From Macrostomum lignano (lineage: Eukaryota), in the NCBI GenBank assembly GCA_002269645.1, contig NIVC01002081.1:1-64000 (forward strand): 64,000 nt of DNA, given 5' to 3'. Position 1 is the first letter of the stretch. Each line of letters opens with the position of its first letter. Position numbers and translations under genes: made by a program. This document shows positions 30,341 to 42,437 of the stretch, piece after piece. Below the pieces are notes generated by a model. That model was given only the letters and a program-made list of their open reading frames with translations, had not been told where the DNA came from and did not search any database.

Positions 30341-30608
30341 TGCTAGCGCTGAGCTTGTTCATACAGAAACTCAGAGCGCAACATCATAGTTATTATTAGT
30401 AATTAACAGAAAATATCAAAATACCAAACAGAGAAATAAAAACATATTTTAGTTTTTGAATGAATTCAAAAGTATTATATATTATTTTTTTAACTGCACA
30501 ATTCTCAACCGACAGAAACTATTTGCTCACTTAACTTTCAGACTTTTGCATACGATCACACGTGACAAAACAAATACGCGTATATCGCGTTAACTTAAAA
30601 AATGGGAG

Positions 30609-31593
30609 CACCCCAACTGCCAGCCGGAAAACTGCCAGCCAACAACAGCCAGCCGGAAAACTGCCAGCCAACAACTGCCAGCCGACAATTGCCAGCCGAC
30701 AATTGCCAGCCGAGAAAACTGCCAACCAGAAAACTGCCAGTCGACAACTGCCAGCCGACAAGTTCTAGCTAATTAAATCTACTGTAGCCTTCTTATTAGC
30801 TAAGTAAAAAGCACGAAACTGTTTGGCTAGCAAAAGGCTTGTGCGGTAGCATTAAATGTCGCCCTTCCCTTCCCTAATTTTTTCAGATTTCCATTAGAAG
30901 TATATATGTGAAGGAGAAGGCATTCTGTAATGCCCATTGTGAATATTTTTGTACTGAAAGTTCATTTACTTTATTATTTAATTTGTGATTGCGATTGCTA
31001 TATGACGCAATCCTAGAAAAGTCTATTAAATTACTTTACTTAAATAAAGCTTTCAAAGAAAGAGCAAAGGCTACCTAAAATACGAAATTTGAACCAAGAT
31101 GTTCGTGCAGGAGCCGAAAGTTGCCAGCTCTGATTCGCGCACATGCCGTACAAGCTTACAAACTTTTGTTGGCGATAAAACAAAACAACTTGTAGCTAGG
31201 CTAACTGATTTCTGTAACAAATGCAATGGCAACCTGTTTTTGCTGAATAATTAACTAATTTAATAAATAGTCAACAAAGTTGTCTACTTTCTAGCTAGAT
31301 CCTGAATGCCATATTGCGGAAGATGTAGTATACGCAGGAAAATTCCGGCGTGCAAACGATTTGTCTGGCGTACATCTAGCGTTTTTCTCGCTGGCAGTTT
31401 TCTCGGCTGGCAATTGTCGACTGGCAGTTGTCGGCTGGCAGTTTTCTCGTCTGGCAATTGTCGGCTGGCAGTTGTCGGCTGGCAGTTGTCGACTAGCAGT
31501 TGTCGGCTGGCAGTTGTCGGCTGGCAATTGTCGGCTGGCAGTTTTCCGGCTGGCAGTTGTCGGCTGGCAGTTTTCCGGCTGGCAGTTGGGGTG
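30609..31593. mobile_element. Foldback element whose arms are inverted arrays of 14-bp AACTGCCAGCCGAC/GAA units
   Basis: CACCCCAACTGCCAGCCGGAAAACTGCCAGCC at the left is the exact reverse complement of the right end; unique AT-rich spacer ~30770-31380. Confidence 0.8.
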
Positions 31594-32445
31594 GAACTAA
31601 AAAATAGAAGGATACAAAAACTACATTAAGCGTTTGATAAAGTGAATCATTCATAAAATATCTTAGTGTTTATGTGCAGTAATAAATACGCAAAAAAGCC
31701 AGTATTTTTACATTCAACTTGTCAACACTTTGTTTTTGTCTGGAGCACCGATTTAAATTTTGTAGCACCGATTTAATTTGAATTCGCTGCACCGAATTCT
31801 ATTCGAAGGCAAGAAGATTACCCCGAGATATATAGCAGATAGCTCATTTTACAATTACAAGTACAGGGTAAACTTTACTTTGAAAAACATAAATTAACTT
31901 TTGCACAATATCCATATATTCCTCTGATAGCACTATTGACATACGATATGTTGTGTTGAATAAATTGCCACAATTGTTGCTGCGGCCAGCGGCTGGGATA
32001 ATATACTATCCTTGTGTATTAATCACGCGTGCATGAACTGGCTGTAGTTGTATTTAATTTTAGCTACCTGGTCCTAGACTAGACGTAGTCAGTAAACAAA
32101 CCACGTAAGCAGAGCAAAGAGCAAGTTGACCTTACCAGAAAACAAGTTGGATTCCGTCATAAATTTTACCCTCGTCTTATCTGTGCTTTTTAATTTTGAT
32201 ACTTCTTTAATATTCGCAGTACTGATTTTCTAAGTCTCGGATATCAAATATTTTTTCTTATTATCAGCATTCTATAAATTAATAAAATAGGCCTGCCTTT
32301 GCCTAAGACTAAGTCAAGTGGCTTAGTTGAGTTATTTACATAGGTCTACCACATTGATATATTTTGCTTTTTCACCAAGATAGAAGATACTTATAGATTA
32401 GAATAGCAAGAAGGTTTAGGCCTACATTGCCCTAATTAGTTTATT

Positions 32446-35400
32446 ATGTCTTGCCCCCAAGGATATGACAAAGCTACTATCTTTATAAAGCCAATTGCTC
32501 ATGATGCCACGTAAGTTTTCAAAGTCATATCTGATGTATTATACTTTTTTAACCTAATTAACTTATAAATATTGATTCTTTTGATCACTTTGCAAGCTTA
32601 ATAATTATTTATACTTAATGCAATTTTAGTTACTTATTTATATAGGTTATTTTATAGTTTAAACCTAGATATTAGGCTATGCAATGATATATACAAGCCA
32701 CAAAGTTGTTCTCCTAATTGCTTAGACTAAAAGGATAATAAAGGTCTATGATACAGCAGCCACTAGGCCTAGGCTAAGTACCACTTTCTGTTCTATCTTT
32801 TATTGGCCTTTGACCCAGACTAAACATGTGTCATCCCACAATTGAAAATCCTAGTTATATCACTGATGTGTTCTATATTATTATTTGAGCCTATTAAGCC
32901 TATTGCCTATTGAAATAAATTTAAATCCTAATAAGTTCATAGTTTTGATTTTGCTTTGCTTGCTAAACTATTATTTCTTATATTATTATTGATTATTTCA
33001 ATGAAAGCTAGGCCTATTATTTATAAATTATCAAAGCTTTGTGTTTTAATATAAAATTATTAAATAATATTTTTGACCCTATTAATATTGCACACCATTT
33101 TTTCTTTAAAATATTTTCATTAAATAATATACATTGACTAAGTAAAAGTTGATAGAATATGATATTGTAGTAATGTATAAAATGTTTAAAAAAGTAGTAT
33201 GAAGACGCACATGTCTTTTTGCCACCAGTGAACGGGCTTCTTTTTAGATGTGGGTCTTCATACTACTTGATAAACCTAGTTTTGTACCGATAAAAAAGAA
33301 CTGAGAATCTCAAGAAAAATTTAAATCTTTACTTATCCTATTTTTCTCTGTCTGTTCTGTTTTTCTCCTTTCTAATCTCTCTCTAGTCTCCCCTCTCCTC
33401 GCTTTTCTCTCACCGTGCCTTATCTTTATCTCTTATCTTCTCTTTTCTCTTCTTCATCTATTCTTTTTTATTTCCTCTCTTATCTGGCCCGCAACCATGA
33501 ACTGGAATCTTCTACAATAGGCCCTCCTCGATCTAAAAAAATTGTCTAAAGTCTCTAGAGCGTAGCAGGGTTATACAACTCCATTTTAGCTGGTTGTTTC
33601 GGCAGAAGATCCTCTAGCTTCAGCTTAAGTGCTTGGAAAGCCAGGCCAGTCTTGTGGGACCTAATACTCATACTGACTGATACTATCAATCAGATAGTTC
33701 ACTAAACTGACATAAGATACCTTCCGTAAGCCTCTTCTTCAACGGGGTTGCAAAGAAAGCTATAAATAAAGTTATTCCAAAACACTATACATACCTACTT
33801 AATAAGCCACGTATCGCCTGACCTTTTAGCCTGGGAGGATGTACACGTAGTGACTTGGAGCTTGCCACCGGCCAAACTTTGTACTGGGCTTGCAATTCAA
33901 ATGTGCCAGTTAAAGAGCTAAATTTAATACAAAATTCTAATCACGTGATGCTCGTTTATTGATCTAATTTTCCTTGGTCTGTGCGTGAGTCGCATGAAGC
34001 TCTTATTACATGCCCTCCAAACCAAGCCGCCAAGCCCTCTCGCGTTGCCACAACCCCACTTGGAAGGGACGGGTGTGTACATTATATGTACGAATATTCC
34101 TTCCTTTCCTTTCCTTTCCTTTCCTTTCCTTTCTAACCAGCTTAACTTAGCCTAACGCCAAAGCTATGCAATGCAAGCAATCGCATGCAAATGCAGATTA
34201 TGCAAATGCAGCTTAATGTGATGAATTTCGATGCAAAAAGGCATTTTTTACATGAAAAAAACATTGAATTGTTATGAAATTCAAGAAATTTGTTAAATTA
34301 ACTAGATATAGAACACTGTGCATTGGTTTCAGTGCAAAATTCCTACCATTTCCAGTTTAAATACCTGTTAGTCCTGTTAGACCTGTTAGTACTAAATTCC
34401 AGTTAGTTAAAGAACTAACATAAAAGTAAAAAGTCTAGTTTTCAGTTTTTTATCGATAATTTTTTACCCAATGAACTGAATCTCTAGAAATTGCACACAA
34501 ATAGGCCTCGTTATGTGGGAAATCAGGCGTCATTAAAATATTGCCATCCTATTGCGTTTTTTGCCTGATTTCAAGCAAAATATTAAAAAATCACTACTCT
34601 GATCGATTTCTAATCACTTTTGACACATGAGCACTTGTTGCAGACACCCAAAAACTTGGTCAATTTTAGCCAGACATTAGTACAACTCGTTGCAGTATCC
34701 GCATTTGATCTACCATTGTTTTAAAAATTTAATCACCCATTTTTCTGGCACCCAATCAGCCAAAAATCACAAATTATCGATTTCTGATCAATTTTTCAAC
34801 CCGAAAGCAGCAAAATCAGACGGCGGCAATTTAAACCAATATAGTACAGCAACTATGCTATAGAAATTTGAAATCGGCTTATTCGCACCATGCTCTCAAA
34901 ATTATAATGAGCAATAATGCGAAAGTCGTGATTTTTTTAAAAATCGATTTTTGTCAATTTTCTCAGCACTGCACAATTGTAGGGAAACAAAACTCTAGAC
35001 ACTTGTAGATTTTTGCATTGCGCATCCAACTGCACTGCTTTGAAGCCTAAACTCAAAAAGCTTCGTAGGAAAAATTGGCAAAATAATAAAATAAAGGTCA
35101 TTTTTTTACCCAAAAAACTATCAAAACTGCATAAAGATGCCGAAATAAATTAAAGTGCCATACACCATTTTGTAGGAAATTTAGTTTTACAACTTTGATC
35201 CTCAGATGTCGAAGCCGTATCTCGTAAGGTGTACCAGAATTTTGAGATCTCCCAGAAGCACTTTTGAAAAAATCATCTTTCCACTTAATTTATGGCTTAG
35301 TAATAAAATCTCTGCACTTAAAAGTATATTCATTTGATAGATTTAAAAGTTTTCTATCGATTGACACCTCACTCAACTCAATTGGTGCAGTGGTTGCAAA

Positions 35401-38400
35401 ACAGGAGCATTTTTGGCGAAAAAACGTGAAATTTAAAAATGCATGGGAGTCTAACTTATTTACTCGCCCTCGGCCCCTAGTGGGGCCTCAGGTTCTCTCG
35501 CTCTCGCCCGACGCCGCCTTCGGCGGCACCAGGCTTGGCTCGTTCACTGGTGGAACTAGAAGTATTATATTTATTAAGAGTTATAGAAAGATATTCTAGT
35601 TCCTAAAAACCATTCTCTTTTAAACTGTATTTTGGGATAAGAGCCAAAGATTCTAGATAATAAAAGCTTAAACTTATTAAAACTTCAAATATATGGCTAG
35701 TATGAGCTGCCTATTGTAATTTGGTCAGTTTTTATCATTGATGGGTGAAAGCATATCTAGATATAATGGTTTTTTATGAAATGATACTTACTATTGCTAT
35801 CAAACAAGATTTAATTTGCATCAAATCTAGTATATTTAAGCAGTTTTCCACTAGGCATGGATTGAGAAGTTTTTTGAGAGAGAAAGCAAGCATACTAAGC
35901 ACTATTGGAAAATAGGATTGGCATAGTTGCAAACCAAAATAGTATAGCCTATTTTTTGGCCACAGCCTGCTAGTTGTCTGCTAGTTGTAAAAGTTATAGC
36001 TAATCAAATTATATCTCTATTTGTGTGATGCAAAATATATTGCTATGCCTTGAATATGAAAATAAAATTTGTTAATTCTGTTTAGTATTTTTATTTAAAA
36101 TATAACTCTACTTTTTATATTAAAAAAATTGAATATTTAATTTGATTGATTATTCTAAAGTAAAAAATGTAACATAGATGCTATTCAATCTAATATTTTT
36201 GTACCTTTTTACTAAAGTTACCTAATAAAACTTCACTTGCATTTTAGTGTGGAAGAGCTACAACTCTACTATGAACAATTTGGAGACATTCTTTCAGTAA
36301 ATATACCAGCAGATCGACTGACTCAACAATTCAAGGGCTATGCATTCATTGAATATCCTTTTGTTAAAATTTTATTTGATACACCATTTGATAATTCTTA
36401 AAAATAACGCTAAACCACATTTTTATTACTGAATGAGTTGGCATTCATCCCCCTGATTCTTTTGGTCTGGCAGTGTCAGTCATGCTTCAAAATTCTTGTA
36501 TTAAACTTGAAGCAGGGGCGTCGCCATGGATTTTATGGGGGTACAAAGCCAAGAATTCAACATGTACATATACATGACTAAATACATGACTAATACATGA
36601 ATAATACATGACTAAATGAGTGTTGTTAGCACTCATCTTAGCGCCGCAGCCATTCCTTTTAGCGCCGCAGGCACTCATTTTGGCGCCGCAGGCACTCATT
36701 TTAGAGCCGCAGGCACTCATTTTGGCGCCGCAGGCACTCATTTTGGCGCCGCAGCCATACCCTTTTTAGCGGCGCTTTCATTTTAGAGCCGCAGGCACTC
36801 ATTTTGGCGCCGCAGCCATACCTTTTTTAGCGGCGCACTCATTTTAGAGCCGCAGGCACTCATTTTGGCGCCGCAGCCATACCCTTTTTAGCGGCGCACT
36901 CATTTTAGAGCCGCAGGCACTCATTTTGGCGCCGCAGCCATACCCTTTTTAGCGGCGCACTTATTTTAGAGCCGCAGACACTCATTTTGGCGTCGCAGGC
37001 ACTCATTTTGGCGCCCTGAAGAAAAACTATTGATTACCACGACTAATAAAGGTGGGGTGGGGAGGACAAAGCATTGACATGTCCTCCCAATAGCTTTTAC
37101 TGTGGGACATGTCCCCCCCCCGGTGGCGACGCGCCTGACTTGAACCATTATTTCCCCTATTACAAGGTTAAGCATTTTTAATTTCAAATCATCTGTCTGT
37201 CATCATTTCAAATTTCTTGACACATCGGACCACTATAGGAATAGCCAGACTGCTATATGATTGAAGTTTTTCTTGCCTTGTTTTCTATTGAATTTAGTTT
37301 CCTTAACCATTGAGCCTTAAAACGCATCAATTATGGCCACCCAATCAATCTGCTGTCATCTCATATGTGCTTCTTGGCTGTCTGTCTGCACATTTCTTCA
37401 CCCCGACGATGCCGCAACAGCTAGAGATCGCACCAACGGATCGATTCTGTTAGGCCACAATGTTACAGTGGAGATCGCCGAAGGACCCAGAAAAAGTGAG
37501 TCTGTCAAGTTTTATGACTTCTGATTCCGTCTTTTTGAATTTTTGAGTCATCACGCGAAGTTGTATGTAATATTTTACTGTTAACATCAGACTGCACACA
37601 AGCAATAAGGTTTAAGCTGTTTCAACTTATTTTCCAGCAATCCAAACATGTCGTTCAGTGCCGCAGTGTTTTATCACACAGTGTAAAACCAGTGTAAAAT
37701 TACAGCGCGCAGTCAGTTTGATCAGCGGTAAATCAGCTCCATGAATTGCATCCTTCTTGAGCGCATGGATTTCGCAGTCACAGAAAGCATTGGATTGTCT
37801 TATAATTTATGAGTTGATACTGCATGCTCTCTCTTTCTGATAAGGGAACTGGTGCACTTTAATAGTGCTTGACTCAGAAAATCAGAAACTTCATGGTTAC
37901 AGTTCAGCAATTTTCTCATCAGTTTCCGAAGGTGACATGCAGAGTTTAAAACGCAGAACGTAGTGCGTCCTGTACAGAAATTTGCAGTCGTGCAGTTTGC
38001 CCCATGTGCATTCGTAATCATGAAGGGTTCTTCTTGAATGCTAAACAATGTAAGCGATTCGATTATATCTGAATTTTTTACTTTCATATTTTTAGAACAT
38101 TACGCTTTTAGTCTTTATTTAATCGGTCTTTTTGTTTTTGATAGATTTGCTATGGCTTAGGAGGGGGCCATCACAAGCTCGAAAAATCACATCGTTGAAA
38201 AGCATCCACCATCACAAGCTCGAGAAGTCATATGCTCGAAAAATTACATCGTCGAAAAGTTTAGCAACCACCGTCATAAGCTCAAAAAACACAAGCTCGA
38301 AAACTCACATCATCGAAAACTGATTTAGCAACCACCATCATAAGCTCGAAAACTCACATCGTCGAAAACTGATTTAGCAACCACCATCATAAGCTCGAAA

Positions 38401-39670
38401 AGTCATATGCTCGAAAAATCACATCGCCGAAAAGTTTAGCAACCACCATCATAAGCTCGAAAAATCACAAGCTCGAAAACTCACATCGTCGAAAACTGAT
38501 TTAGCATCCTCCATCACAAGCTCGAAAAGAGTTAGGGTTAGTGCTTGTGCCTTAGGGTTTAGGGTTAGGGTTAGTGCCTTAGGGTTCAGGGTTAGGTTAG
38601 AGTTGGTGCCTTGGGGTTAGTGTTAGAGCTAGAGATGGTGGTTGCTAAATCAGTTTTCGACGATATGACTTTTCGAGTTTGTGATGATGGTTGCTAAACT
38701 TTTCGACATTGTGATTTTTCGAGCTTATGATGGCGACCCGCGTGGGAAGAGTCCCAATATCTTCGAAATAGCAAACGGGATTTAGATCAACTATATTGCT
38801 CTAGATTTAATTTTAAAGCTAATTGATTTAGTTTTAAAGCTAATTGGATTATTCTAAACTGACACTGTCAGTTTTGTGTAAACTTGAAGCCTGTGTTTCC
38901 CATACTTACTCCCATTCCCATCTTACGTACAGTTGTATACTACTGTTCCCCCCAAGGGAGAGTATTCAGCTGCCTGCAGGAAGGAATGTACGAGTATATA
39001 CATTACTAGTGCTCCCACTGTAGTACCCTTTAAAGGTGTTATGTCGTAGTTTCTCACGCACCAGGGCCCTTGAACGAAGGTATTTACAGACTCTTCATTG
39101 AAGGTATTCGTAGTTGCGCCCACGGCAAAACCCATCTACAAGCTTTACATGCTAATAAAAACAGGTGACTTTTTAATATAGAAAGCATACTTCAAGGTCG
39201 TGTCCAAATGCCTGCAATTAAACTGCAACATCCAAAACAAATCTAAAACAGCGCCAGCTGAAATGCAGCACCGAAGAGATGTTCGACGCCGATTTCAAAG
39301 TAGTCGCGACTATCGCGGCCGTTCGGATAGAAGCTATCATCAGCATCGGTCTTCGTTTGGCAATGCCGGCAGGCATCCCCGAGACCAATACAGATCATCT
39401 GAGCAGGCGCATCGCCGACCGCAATTTGAGCGGTCGCGTTCTCGTCGACGCGAGTTCGTACCCATGAGAAGACGACACATTGAGCCAATTATTCGTGTGA
39501 GCCCGTCCACTTCGCCATCTGTGGACGGTTCTCAGTCTCATAAGCGATCGGTGTCCAGGTCGATGTCTAGGTCTAGGTCTAGATCAAGGTTTGGACGCAA
39601 ATTCGAACGAGATTTGCGCTCGATCGAACGGTCGCGATCTAATTCACCGTCGAGACTGGAGTCTCGTTAG
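32446..39670 (+). CDS. srsf10: SRSF10/SRSF12-like SR splicing factor (RRM + RS domain), 4 exons, 230 aa
   Basis: Exons 32446-32510 (MSCPQGYDKATIFIKPIAHDAT), 36248-36352 (VEELQLYYEQFGDILSVNIPADRLTQQFKGYAFIE), 37392-37495 (FLHPDDAATARDRTNGSILLGHNVTVEIAEGPRK), 39252-39670 (TPAEMQ...RSRS...). 693 nt open. RNP2/RNP1 and the G.RKTP..M motif align with the SRSF10 family. Confidence 0.85.
33490..34123 (+). mobile_element. Probable decayed non-LTR retroelement 3' fragment ending in a (TTTCC)n tail
   Basis: Coding-like but interrupted sequence ending in about six TTTCC copies; lies in SRSF10-like intron 1. No diagnostic motif. Confidence 0.3.
36353..37391 (+). other. U12-type (minor spliceosome) AT-AC intron, 1039 nt
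   Basis: 5' end ATATCCTTT (canonical U12 donor), 3' end AC; joining GA|A TTT restores KGYAFIEF; U12 branch consensus TTCCTTAAC at 37299-37307. Confidence 0.88.
36513..37137. mobile_element. hAT-type MITE with internal 21-bp and 63-bp tandem repeats
   Basis: TIR CAGGGGCGTCGCCA / TGGCGACGCGCCTG; TSD ACTTGAAG / ACTTGAAC (7 of 8); internal (GCAGGCACTCATTTTGGCGCC)n. Confidence 0.82.
38162..38739. mobile_element. Foldback MITE with TCGAAAA-unit arms and a degenerate (TTAGGG)n spacer
   Basis: GCCATCACAAGCTCGAAAAATCACATCGTTGAAAAG is inverted as CTTTTCGACATTGTGATTTTTCGAGCTTATGATGGC; TTAGGG/TTTAGGG/TTCAGGG run at ~38530-38625. Confidence 0.78.
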
Positions 39671-40659
39671 GATTCTTAATAGAAGTTTCTGAATTGTTAT
39701 TCGTTTGATATTTTCTGCCAAATAGACAATACCAGACATTATCCAAGCTATCATTTTATGGTTTTTCCCACTCGATGCTTTGTATTTCACCAAATATTTA
39801 TTGATTTTTTGTCAGTTACAGAGTAATTCATTGAGGTACTATTGACATATTATATCCAGGTGTGACTGCTCACGGTGTGCTGGCTTATTTAAATGTTTCC
39901 GATCTACTTGCCTTCTGTGTGCTTAATAGAAATCAGTGCATACTTATTATTATATAGAAATTAAAATAGAATTTCAGCGTTTGCATTTTAATTTCGCTCA
40001 GTAAGGCTTTTAGTAACCTGTTTGCCAATATTCAATTATACAAACATTCTGACTTCAAGACTGCTGAAATTACTCTATTATGGTGCATTACTAATGTGTG
40101 CTACTCAAAGTAGACTATAAGACGTCTTATTTGTGTTTCTTTTTAAAGGAAGTATTTCTGAAATCTTAGTACTAAACCCAAAAGTTATTGATGGTACACA
40201 CTTAGTGACCTTATTGTTACATTCGACGTTTGCTTTTTGCTATTCATCCTTGTGTGCTATATTCAAGTTTTTCATTTTTTTTCTGCCTTTAACTACCTTA
40301 TTTTTGCCGTGTTATTAAGCTGTGCTTTTTCCCCTCAATATTCAAGAGTTTCGTTTATTCCGTTGTTATTTATATTTTCTTGTGTGATCAATTGTTATCG
40401 ATTTTTGAAATCGATTTGAAATAGAGCGTAGGCACTAACTGATTGCGTTGCCTTGACCTTGAGCAGTGTTTATACTAGTTTTCCTTTGCAGTATGCATTA
40501 AAACATTTAATTATCGCTTGGTCTTCCCATTTAAGAGTGCAGTGAATTAGGAGTCTTATGAAACTTTTGGACAGCACTACCTGAAGCTCTGCATTACACC
40601 ACCTACTACATTTGATAGGCTGCTGATTTTACCAGTCGCTACATTTTAAAGGCTACTGG

Positions 40660-41485
40660 ACTACATTATACCATTTGCTACATGTACATTTGAAAGGCTG
40701 CTGCATTACACCAGTTGCTACATTTGTAAGGCTGCATTACACCAGTTGCTACATTTGAAAGGCTGCTGCATTACACCAGTTGCTACATTTAAAAGGTTGC
40801 ATTACACCAGTTGCTACATTTGAAAGGCTGCATTACACCAGTTGCTACATCTGAAAGGCTGCATTACACCAGTTGCTACATTTGAACGGCTGCTGCATTA
40901 CACCAGTTGCTACATTTGAAAGGCTGCATTACACCAGTTGCTACATTTGAACGGCTGCTGCATTACACCAGTTGCTACATTTGAAAGGCTGCATTACACC
41001 AGTTGCTACATCTGAAAGGCTGCATTAAACCAGTTGCTACATCTGAAAGGCTGCATTAAACCAGTTGCTACATCTGAAAGGCTGCATTACACCAGTTGCT
41101 ACATCTGAAAGGCTGCATTACACCAGTTGCTACATCTGAAAGGCTGCATTACACCAGTTGCTACATCTGAAAGGCTGCATTACACCAGTTGCTACATCTG
41201 AAAGGCTGCATTACACCAGTTGCTACATCTGAAAGGCTGCATTAAACCAGTTGCTACATCTGAAAGGCTGCATTACACCAGTTGCTACATCTGAAAGGCT
41301 GCATTACACCAGTTGCTACATCTGAAAGGCTGCATTACACCAGTTGCTACATCTGAAAGGCTGCATTACACCAGTTGCTACATCTGAAAGGCTGCATTAC
41401 ACCAGTTGCTACATCTGAAAGGCTGCATTACACCAGTTGCTACATTTGAAATGCTGCATTACACCAGTTGCTACATTTGAAATGC
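40660..41485. repeat. Tandem satellite, 31-bp unit GGCTGCATTACACCAGTTGCTACATCTGAAA
   Basis: About 26 copies, homogeneous centre and degenerate edges. Confidence 0.95.
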
Positions 41486-42437
41486 CAATGCAGCTAATAT
41501 AAGCGAGAGCTTTATTTGATGGTCATGGTCACAAGTGCGCGTATGCTGCATATACATAAATTTCATCAGTTGCTACATTTAACAGCCTACTTAATGCATT
41601 TCACCGCTTGCTTGTTTGATAACCTTGAGTTCACCTAGATAGCTTCATTCTAGATCTAAATGTATTCATTATATACTGCAGCTGCGGAATGCATGTACAC
41701 AATGTACATGTACTCCGCATGTTAGTGAGTGATACATGTAACACATACGAGCCGTACATGTACAAGGCTATAAATTAACTTACATGTTGCACGAAGTGTA
41801 GTAGTGTATATAGAGAAGTCTATAATTGGCGATTTAGATAAGATATGACAATCGTGCATACAGGCATGCTGCATACAGTTAAAATGCTTGTCAACAGTAT
41901 TACAGTATAATGTTGCATGTACACGCTCGGAATTAGCTAAAATGCTTGTCTAAAGCTTACTTTATTAGCTGTGCACTATATATACTATATATATATACTA
42001 TATATACTATATACTATATATACTAATTGTAAAATGCGTCCACGTGTACGCGTACAATATTAATTATTTCTACGCATACATATGTACATGTAGATTACGA
42101 GCTGAGTCTACATATACATCGATCAGTTTCTTATTTTTATCATATGTGCATATGCTTTTCTTTCGTTTCGTACGCCCGTATATGTACGTGCACTAAACAG
42201 AATAGAGTGGAGATCGCTGCTGCGGCACTTACAGAAAAACTCCTTTCTTATTCAAAATTAGGCTATAAGTAGTGCTCGGCTATTATTTCGGTAAAATTAG
42301 GTAGAATATACTTATTTTTCTATATTTATATGCTAAAATTATTATTTTAACTTTCTTGCAGACGCAGGCGCAGTGCAGGTACATGTACATATATGCGCTA
42401 ATTAACATGAATACCAACCCATTTTCCGCCCGTAGAA

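Noticed and set aside
32133-32160. Minus-strand ATG exon MTESNLFS|GTAAGG head-to-head with the SR gene
   Set aside because: No downstream exon with a compatible phase and open frame was found.
34010-34100. MPSKPSR...CTLYVR as SRSF10-like exon 1
   Set aside because: Needs a frameshift and has no donor; 32446-32510 fits the RRM alignment, phase and GTAAGT donor.
35460-35560. Helitron 3' end (GCCGCCTTCGGCGGC hairpin then CTAG)
   Set aside because: Hairpin-to-CTAG spacing is long, the next base is not T and no matching 5' TC terminus was identified.
40660-41485. CRISPR-like array (also considered for the 31-bp array at 1-755)
   Set aside because: Units are directly adjacent with no unique spacers, the context is eukaryotic and there are no cas genes.
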